The notes under the pieces were generated by a model that saw only the letters and a list, made by a program, of their open reading frames with translations, searched no databases and was not told where the DNA came from. A stretch of 63,969 nt of DNA, the filler included, from Licmophora abbreviata (Eukaryota): assembly GCA_900291995.1 (NCBI GenBank). It is 10 parts of 10 records of this genome, joined end to end, with 100 filler letters (N's around TTAATTAATTAA, not from the genome) between each part and the next. Parts side by side here need not be neighbours in the genome. Positions count along the whole stretch, not along the records: positions 52,570 to 56,597 come from OLMU01001201.1; positions 56,698 to 59,853 come from OLMU01001204.1; positions 59,954 to 62,783 come from OLMU01001212.1; positions 62,884 to 63,969 come from OLMU01001227.1; 6 more parts are not named here. One strand, 5' to 3'. The translations under genes and the position numbers were made by a program. Positions 55,991 to 63,969 of this stretch are shown here, one piece after another; positions within the stretch are counted from its first letter, which is position 1; every line of letters starts with the position of its first letter.

Positions 55991-56597
55991 ATGAGGCACG
56001 CTGGATCAAAGCTAGCAGTGTTCACCATTATAGTGGTGGTGGTCCCTGGGGGATCTTCATTTTTCGTATCCGACATCGAAGGTGTCAAACCTGGCCGAGT
56101 GCCATGTCTGTACGACAGAAAAATAAGAGGAGAGATGGTGGGCCGCCGGGACATTCTTGAATTGGGTGCGTTCACTACCGCCCTGTGGCCGCTGTCCTCA
56201 CAAGCAGTCGCGGATCATCGTCTCCCTACTTCGGTACGCTTGCGCTCACCGGAAGATCGGGCTGGGATTGAACTAACTCAAACAAGCCTTGGAAGCCCCC
56301 CAAGATCTGTGGTTGCCGTAAAGCGTGTCTTACCTGGTGGAGTTGCGTCTCGCTCTGGAGTCCAGCCTGGGATGATTCTACTCGAATCTGGGGATTCGAA
56401 GTCAATTACAGAGAGAGTTCGAAATGGGCCCTATCCTATTGATTTGAATTTTTATAACTTAGCTGCGGGAGGGGATGCTGTTGGTGATATGGGGAAGCCA
56501 CTCGTTGCAGCTGATGATGCCTTGGCAGTAGCCCAGAGTGCGAGTAGCTCGGCTTCAAGGGCAGAGCAACCATATGTTGTACGCACGGTAAAGCAGT
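55991..56597 (+). CDS. Probable thylakoid-lumen protein with PDZ-like region, 3'-truncated
   Basis: Signal peptide, GSS-F, then GRRDIL…ALWPLSSQAVA (Tat-like signal). AGIEL…VKRVLPGGVASRSGVQPGMIL is PDZ-like. Confidence 0.6.
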
Positions 56598-56697
56598 NNN
56601 NNNNNNNNNNNNNNNNNNNNNNNNNNNNNNNNNNNNNNNNNTTAATTAATTAANNNNNNNNNNNNNNNNNNNNNNNNNNNNNNNNNNNNNNNNNNNN
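56598..56697. other. Artificial contig linker
   Basis: N44-TTAATTAATTAA-N44. Confidence 0.98.
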
Positions 56698-57159
56698 AGT
56701 GCGGTGTACCATCATTGCCATCTCGAAGACCGCGAATATGCTGGAAACCTTGGTATTGGGCTGGTGAAAGGCAAGCTTGTCAGCAACGAGAACGGTAAGG
56801 CATCGCAGTATGCTCTCGCTTCGCTCATAGAAAGAGGCACACTTTTTATAGAGCCTGGAGATGTCTGCTATCCGGGAATGGTCGTTGGTGAAAGCAATCG
56901 CGATGGGGACATGGAGGTCAATCCAGTTCGATCGAAGCAGCTCACCAACATGCGCACCGTGAACAAGGACGAGAAAGTGTATCTGCCCCCAGCGAAGCGC
57001 ATGACGGTGGAGGAGCTCATTGGATACATGAATGAGGATGAAATCATCGAAGTCACGCCGAAGAGTGTACGACTGCGCAAGTCAGAGCTGGATGCCGGCG
57101 CTCGGCAGCGGGCGGCCAGATCCAGGAAAAAGCAACACAATGCATTCAAACAGAAATAG
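56698..57159 (+). CDS. typA: TypA/BipA translational GTPase, C-terminal fragment (organellar)
   Basis: YALASLIERGTLFIEPG…YPGMVVGE…VNPVRSKQLTNMR…DEIIEVTPKSVRLRK. Confidence 0.9.
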   Translation, partial: SAVYHHCHLEDREYAGNLGIGLVKGKLVSNENGKASQYALASLIERGTLFIEPGDVCYPGMVVGESNRDGDMEVNPVRSKQLTNMRTVNKDEKVYLPPAKRMTVEELIGYMNEDEIIEVTPKSVRLRKSELDAGARQRAARSRKKQHNAFKQK

Positions 57160-57247
57160 GATTCTGAATTCTAGCACCAAACGCGTAGAAAAAGTTGGAC
57201 TGAACAAATTAGTTTATCTACGCTGCAGTCGGGGGCTGAATTTCAAA

Positions 57248-58213
57248 TTAGTAATCTCCGCCGTCGTCACCGCCGAACATGTCCATTCCGCCGCCCAGAT
57301 CAGCCTCCTCTTCTTCTTCTTCCTCTTTCTCCTCTTCCGCACCAGCGTCGCCGCCAGCGCCTCCGCCTCCACCAGAAGCGACAGCGAACTTACTCGGATC
57401 CGCAAGGTACTCCTTGTAGAGGTCGGCCTTTTCGAAAGAATAGTTGTCGAGGCCAATCGTAACAGAGAGGACGGCCTTGAAGGCGTTGGCAATGCTGTGA
57501 GGAACAGATGCCTGCGTGGGGTAGTTAAGAGCCAGCGAGATGGAGGCAAGTGACTGGAGAGCCTCGGCGAACTTGGCAGCGAGGACTTCGTCCGTAATGT
57601 CAAGGACCTTCGCATCGAACAGACTGCCGTTGTCGTAAACAGCCTTGAGGTTGAGACCGTACGTAAAGGGTTCGATGCTCAGCTTCTGAAGAAGGGCAGC
57701 CTGAGAGGCTGTCACCTTCTCACCAGCTTCAATGAGATCAGTGTCGTTCACCATCTCAATCTGTCCTTTGGTAATCTTGGTAGCAATCTGAAGGGTTTGG
57801 AAGAAAGCAGTCTGACCAGGATCACAGCCAGTAGGGCCCTTGGGCACGACGACCTTGATGGGGGCAAAGGAGCCGACACGAGCGGGGGCAGGACGAGTGT
57901 TGGACTCAAGAATCTCACGGATATCTCCCAGGTCACCGTTGGTAAAGACGAATCCGACATTTCCGCGGCACATCTCCTCGAGCTGGGCGGCGGGGGACTC
58001 CGGGTTTTCTTCCGCAAACTCGCGGATGATCTTGCGCATCATGGTGTTCTTTCCCATGAGGACTTCGCCTTTGCCAGTGAGGCCACGGCGGGTCATCTGA
58101 AGCTGCTTGGAGCCAACGTTATCGACCTCGACAATGAAAGCCTTGTTGTAGGTGGCCAACAAGGTCTTCATCCTGTCGAAGTACTCGGTCTTGCGCTCAG
58201 CAGACAAAGGCAT
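57248..58213 (-). CDS. RPLP0: 60S acidic ribosomal protein P0 (uL10)
   Basis: DNVGSKQ, LMGKNTMMRK, GNVGFVFT, TGCDPGQTAFFQTL, acidic C-terminal tail; strongly biased codon usage. Confidence 0.97.
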   Translation of the reverse strand: MPLSAERKTEYFDRMKTLLATYNKAFIVEVDNVGSKQLQMTRRGLTGKGEVLMGKNTMMRKIIREFAEENPESPAAQLEEMCRGNVGFVFTNGDLGDIREILESNTRPAPARVGSFAPIKVVVPKGPTGCDPGQTAFFQTLQIATKITKGQIEMVNDTDLIEAGEKVTASQAALLQKLSIEPFTYGLNLKAVYDNGSLFDAKVLDITDEVLAAKFAEALQSLASISLALNYPTQASVPHSIANAFKAVLSVTIGLDNYSFEKADLYKEYLADPSKFAVASGGGGGAGGDAGAEEEKEEEEEEEADLGGGMDMFGGDDGGDY

Positions 58214-58861
58214 GGTTGTTAAGTTTGTTGTTTTTGAAGTAGTTTAAGATGTTTCTTCGGGCGAAGATAAGTCACGATGCTTATCAACGATTTAACCGAA
58301 GTTTTGAAACGGGAAACTAGGTAGACGGAGCCTATTGATGGGTCGCGAGAGCAGAGGCGGAGAGCGTGAGTGCCGAGCACGAAGCGCGATTTGAAAATAA
58401 GGGCAACCGAAGTCATGCTTTAGGACTCGCGATAACTGACTAGTAAGGAGTAAGTGGTATACCGTCGAGACGCGATGGGGAGGTCTGGATCATTCTGGTC
58501 ACTTCACACTCTCTCTCTTGACGAACTGTTAGTCTCCTTTCCTTTTGAACTCCCTTTCATCGACCCCTCCATCAGCCCACGGGATCATAAAGCAGCGATT
58601 TCCGATAGAACGTACCCTGTAAGGATCTTCCGGTGCGACCTTTTCTGGTGTTGTGTGTGTTTTGTCTTCGATGACATCGTGGTGGCCGCACAAAATTATG
58701 CGCGGCCTGTCCGTCAGCCGGAACCGAAGCTCGAAGTTTATCCACGCGCAGGACGAGAGGGCGTTCAATCTCTCTTCGTTCGTTCCATCCAGGTATTTCT
58801 GTCGTATTGACTTCATTTGAGATTCCCGCGTCACTTCTGCAACACTTGTGCACAGCTCATC
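58214..58861. promoter_or_regulatory. Divergent (bidirectional) promoter region between RPLP0 and PHF5A
   Basis: Inferred from the head-to-head gene arrangement. Confidence 0.5.
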
Positions 58862-59291
58862 ATGGCGAAACATCACCCAGACCTAGTTATGTGCCGTAAG
58901 CAGCCAGGAATCGCAATCGGAAGACTCTGCGAAAAGTGTGAGTCGTTCAGTCGAATTTCTGCTCGATGGATGGTTGGGTTTTGAAACTCTCTCACTCACG
59001 TCTTCTCTTCTGCTTCTAAATGATCCTTGCGCAGGCGATGGCCGTTGCGTCATCTGCGATTCTTTTGTCAATCCTGCGACTCTCGTACACATTTGTGATG
59101 AGTGTAATTACGGCTCGCTCGAGGGACGGTGTGTGATCTGCGGCGGACAAGGAGTTAGCGATGCCTATTACTGTCGAGAGTGTACGCAGCAGGAAAAAGA
59201 TAGAGACGGCTGTCCCAAGGTTGTGAATCTGGGGTCCACCAGGACAGATTTATTCTACGAGAGAAAGAAATATGGGTTCAAAAAGAGATGA
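58862..59291 (+). CDS. PHF5A: PHF5A/Rds3 SF3b splicing factor; intron 58938-59034
   Basis: [36 protein letters not shown]…[30 protein letters not shown]. Confidence 0.97.
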
Positions 59292-59853
59292 CATTGCATG
59301 TTGTTTGGGAAATGTGAAGCAGGTGTTGTGAGTCAGTCTCGAGTGGTTGAAATTTTGAGCAATCATGCTACACAGATAAGCTGATGACGGGCTACTTGGC
59401 ATTTCTTTTAGCTAGGTAGGGGCTGCCGCTCTCCCTGCCATTGCTCAGTATAGTACTACTAGCTGCACTCTCATCGATTACGTGTGACTATGAACGACGT
59501 TGATGAGAGTCAGTTTGAAGCTCTCCCGCCAGGCAATGCGGTTCATAATGGCTGAAGGTACGATCACTTTGGCTTATTTTTAGTTGGTACACGAATAGAT
59601 CAGGATGAGCGCTAGAGTAGAGACGATGGGCCAGTTCCTTCGTTTTCCCTCGTCCCTCCCGACAGAGCACGAGCGGGGTGACTATCAGATAGGGATCGAG
59701 ATAAATCGCTTCACTGGAATGCGAGCGAGCCGGTATAGAAGTCAGTAGAAAGTCTACGCACAGCACTTCAAGCCGCGGGTCCCCCCCCGCGCCTCCTCGA
59801 CATGCGACATGAAGCCGTCGCTGTGTGTTCCTGTGTGTGTGTCGTCAAAAACT

Positions 59854-59953
59854 NNNNNNNNNNNNNNNNNNNNNNNNNNNNNNNNNNNNNNNNNNNNTTA
59901 ATTAATTAANNNNNNNNNNNNNNNNNNNNNNNNNNNNNNNNNNNNNNNNNNNN
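59854..59953. other. Artificial contig linker
   Basis: N44-TTAATTAATTAA-N44. Confidence 0.98.
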
Positions 59954-62783
59954 GGGGCTCTTCTGGCTGACCCATGTACAGTGATGGACTCAGAATGGTA
60001 CAAAGACGAAGAGAGTGCTCTGCTCCTCCTCCGCCGTCTCGCCGCAGGGGAAAAGTCTAGTGTTTTTTTGGCGCAGGATCAATCAATTCGTGCTGGGGCA
60101 GCATGGTTGTGCGAATACGCCACTCGACACAATCCCGATGCGGCTAAGCTTTTTGGAGAGAAACCAAGGTTGGGCTCCAAGGATCAGCGCGAAGCAGATG
60201 GTGAAAGTGAGATAGAGCGAAAGAAGCGGGAAGCGAAGGAGAAGGCTCTGAAGAGAATGAAAGCTGAAGCCGCCAAGTTCGCTGCGATGATGCAACTCGA
60301 GCAGTCTGACGAAGAGGAAGATTTATTGAACGAAGCAAAGCTACCACCGGTAGAAGAATCATCAGGTGGAGAGACGGCTCCACAGCGATGGGCCCATCCT
60401 ACTATGAGTCGTTCCTCCACATTCGAATCGGAGCAGAGCACGGTTGCGTCTCGTTCTCCGCAACGCAGTGACTTGGGAATACCCCAGTTCTTCTCAATAT
60501 ACTCGTCAGGAGGTGAGGCTACAATGGATGGGAATGATGACGACATTCCTCATCGGTTACTGAAGGATCGCCCTCGTTGCATAATCTGTGCCGAGGAAGC
60601 TCCACCAAGTCGCAACGATGGAGAGGGCGGAGACAATCGGAAAAGGAGTCGAACGAAGACTGAACGAAGCAGTGTGCTTGCCTTCGTGGGGTATGCTCAG
60701 TCCAGTACCGTTCTGAAGGGAGGAGGAGGTCCTCCACCAATCGCCGATGATGCCTCGCCTTTTTCGGGAATAAGACGATTCACAGGGACTCACGTGGCGC
60801 TATGTGGCCATGCAATGCACAGCGAGTGCTGCGAGGCTTACTTGGCAACGACCCTTCACCGGGACGAGAGACGCCTTGGCCGCCGAGAGGAGTTCCGATG
60901 TCCACTGTGCCAGCGGCTTAGCAACTCTCTGGTTCCTTTCATTGATGTGGGAGTTGACTGGTGCTCCCCTGTCGGCCAGGAAGGGACGCAGAAAGGTCAG
61001 ACATCAATGCTCTCTGACGATGATAGTGCTAGTCAGACCTCTGCGAACTCTGCGCGGCACGCCCTGCACGATTTTCTATCTGGCACGCCGTGGTGGGTCG
61101 GGCGAAATGATAAGAGCGTGGTGTGGGACGGCCAGTGCGCCTTCGTTGGTGCTGTGTTGCCTGACGAAATAGAGGGTAGGAGCTCGGATCTGATTGCAGA
61201 CTCAGGCAGCTCACCCACGAAAGGCAAACGTCGACGTGTACGATCGCTAAAAAAGAGGGACTTGTACGCTGCCTGGAACGCCATGATGCGGACGCCACGC
61301 TTCATAAGGAAGCGGCGACTACGACAGAAGTCGGACTCCAACGTTACAGACAATTCGTCTACGTCAGCAGGCTGGGATCCCTACGGATTGGCTGCACCCG
61401 AAGAGTCTTCATCAGGAGAAACTGTAGTTTGGCGGAGGTTTATGGACTTGCTATCAGATTTGGCGTATAGGGCCGACGCTAAGCGCCTTGGAGATCGCCA
61501 ACTATCTCAGGACTATGGAGAGTTTCGACACTACCAAGTCGAGAAGTCTGCCTACAATATTGCCAATAAAAAGACCGGAAAGGAAATCATAGATGTAAGT
61601 TATCGTTGTGTCGACCTGATGCGAAGAAGTGTCAGATGTTGCTGATGTTATCTGACCATTCGCATGCGGACTGCAGTGGCCAGCGTGCGTGTCCACGACA
61701 ATGCTCACCGAGGTCAGACGTCAGGAACTCTCCAGGGAGAAATTACTCTCCAAACTTTTGATATCAATACAGAGCTTTGTTTACAGCTGCTGCTGTGAAT
61801 CCACTGAGGCCCGGCGTTTGTTGAAGAATGAGAAGCAGCGCCTGACCGAAGTTGATGTGGATAGTACTGCAACGAAGAAGATACTGATGAAGTATGGAGT
61901 TTCCCGGGTCGATTGCGATGGCGCGCTATTAATCATGCAGAGGGCGTCACCTCATGAGAACGAGGGAGGGCAGCCCTTTGATGGGCGCCTAGGAAAATTG
62001 CGATATTTTGGACTGTCGGTAATCGCAGCTGCTGGAGCTGTCTCAGCTGATCTCTTGCAGCTTGTGCTCTGCTTACCGCTGGAGACAGTGAATAGCGAGC
62101 CTGACAATTCTATGGATGTTGATCAGCGTCTTCGGGCCCCTATTGCCTTCCCGATTCTAGTTGGACACGTACTGACTCATGTGACTGCGGCTATGTGCGC
62201 AGCTTGCGGATGGGCTCGGGCGCGAAGCGATATGCTCGAACTAGCATGGCCTGTTCCTTTCTCATCCAGAGGCAGCTTCTATGGTTCGATAAGTGAAGGC
62301 TATCACGGATCAGGCGTGGAGATGCTCGTGAGAGACTGCGAGGGTTTCGTCAAGCTTGGAATGCTTGCTCGAGTCCTTCAAGTTCTCTTGTCGAAGCTGG
62401 GAGTCGAAGCGGCGGCTGACGTCGCGGTTCATTCGTCCCTGGCGAACCGTTTGATGGACCTAGCGGGCAGTACAAGCCTAAATGGACCAGGCGCTTTGAA
62501 AGAATGGGCTCGTGGGTGCCTGATGCTTTCGCAGAAGGCTCTGTCGCGGGACTACATGCCCATGCGGGATCACACAGCCACTGATGCTGTCGCGGACGAG
62601 GCGTCTGTGGCTCAATTCCTTGATGCCTGCTCTGTCGCGGCTGATTCGAGCGCGGCCTTCCTAGCTGACGCGGCCATTGTCCTGCAGGTTCTGATTCCGG
62701 GTGTTGCCGCCAAGTATGACGTCAAGCGCAAGCCGACGACTAGAGAAGATGCAAGCCATGCGTCCCGCGGTCTCCGCAAAGTT
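59954..62783 (+). CDS. UBR1/PRT6-like N-degron E3 ubiquitin ligase, internal fragment; intron 61595-61676
   Basis: KKREAKEKALKRMKAEAAKF helix followed by an interrupted RING-H2 (CIIC…HVALCGHAMHSECCEAY…EFRCPLCQRLSNSLVP). GAT|GTAAGT…CTGCAG|TGG is in frame. Confidence 0.82.
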
Positions 62784-62883
62784 NNNNNNNNNNNNNNNNN
62801 NNNNNNNNNNNNNNNNNNNNNNNNNNNTTAATTAATTAANNNNNNNNNNNNNNNNNNNNNNNNNNNNNNNNNNNNNNNNNNNN
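62784..62883. other. Artificial contig linker
   Basis: N44-TTAATTAATTAA-N44. Confidence 0.98.
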
Positions 62884-63223
62884 CGTTTCTTTGCCAGCTG
62901 GTGAATGGCTTGTTCCGATCGAGCCCTTATCTCTAATAAGTGAAAGAACTAGTTGTAGTAGAAACTTCACGTAGATTCTACAGGACTGACTCACCGATCT
63001 GCGACGTCACTTTTGGGGGAGGACCTCAAGTTGTGTAGAAGATGTACTGAGCTCTACGCAGTACGAGTATCCTTTCGTTCGGAGCGCGCCCTTTTTTCGA
63101 ATTCCCCCTCACTCTTTCTGCTGGAGCATTTGTTGCGGTGTGACAACAACGATCTTGTGTTTGCACCGTTCTATTCTGTTGCTGTCTGTTTACAATTTCT
63201 GACGAGACATTGCAGTGACGACC

Positions 63224-63969
63224 ATGAAGATCTCACAGGCAGCCCTGCAGGCCGTGTTGGTAGCGTCCTTGACGTCCGAATTCTTTGCCTTTGCTCCCAC
63301 CTCTCTTTTGAGTTCGCGCAGTACCGGCTCGTACGAATCCCACGTGGCTACTCTTGGCAGCATCGTTGCTTCTTCTTCTACTGGTACGAGCCGAACCTCT
63401 CTGGCCATGTCGAGTCGCTTCTTAGGCATGGACGACGAGGAGGATGACGAGGACGAAGACAGTGATGATGAGGAAGACGACGATTTGGAACGTGCTTCGT
63501 CTTCTGCATCTGCTGCTTCGTACGGCGGCGCCAAGTCTCCCTTCACCGGACTCGCACTCGATCCGTGGGACCCCAATCCTCTCATCAAGCCTCGTCCGAG
63601 TCGGTACTTTAAAGACACTGACTTGGAACCGGCAACATCAGCGGTCGAAAAGATTCCGGACGACAAGCTGGTTCAAACCATGTCCAAGGAAGAGCGCAAG
63701 GAAAATCTCGTCGTGATGCGACAGATTCGGAAGAACGATTTGCCCGATTTGCGTATGCGCAAAGATCATGGTGCGTACATTGAACTACGACTTTCAGTCT
63801 GCAATGCAATACATATTCAATCGTATCTCAACGTCTTTCGGGTTTTCCTCTCTCCTCATCCACAGCCGGCTGGGTCGAAGCCAACAATGACTTGAAACGT
63901 CGCAAGGCCAAAGATCCCTGGTTTGCCATCAACGAACGCCTCCGTGAAGCCTACCAGCTCGGAGAGGAA
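63224..63969 (+). CDS. Plastid-targeted protein of unknown function, 3'-truncated; intron 63771-63865
   Basis: Signal peptide + FFA-FAP motif + Ser-rich transit + acidic tract. Splicing gives …RKDH-AGWVEANNDLKRRKAKDPWFAINERL…. Confidence 0.75.

Noticed and set aside
56698..57159. TypA fragment as bacterial contamination
   Set aside because: It is on the same contig as eukaryotic uL10 and intron-containing PHF5A, consistent with a nuclear-encoded organellar TypA.

Overview
Eukaryotic nuclear DNA, very probably from a pennate diatom. The evidence is compact gene spacing, short (~75-170 nt) GT-AG introns, bipartite signal + ASAFAP-like plastid presequences, a DUF6824-type protein and an acidic 'MDMFGGDDGGDY' uL10 tail. 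The window is not one locus: it is ten sequence pieces joined by nine artificial 100-nt linkers (N44-TTAATTAATTAA-N44), so neighbourhood across linkers carries no information. About 38 protein-coding genes or fragments are supported. Recognisable ones include PPOX, HMG-CoA reductase, prefoldin 4, SIN3, a spliced glutaredoxin absent from the ORF track, AP-4 epsilon, two class-3 lipases, a DUS1-like enzyme, GPI8, a bestrophin-like protein, a TFIIB-related factor, MIP, SEC11, Nup62, TypA, uL10/P0, PHF5A and a UBR-type E3 ligase. I saw no rRNA, tRNA, CRISPR array or intact transposon, and no convincing multi-gene novel system. The best leads are single-gene architectures: a DUS with an eIF2A/PYM-like coiled coil plus CCCH finger, an atypical TFIIB-like protein, a plastid-targeted zeta-toxin-like P-loop protein, and a GNAT-like/ankyrin gene with a decaying 3' end. 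Recurrent promoter motifs are also noted. All family assignments come from motif recognition by eye, not database searches.
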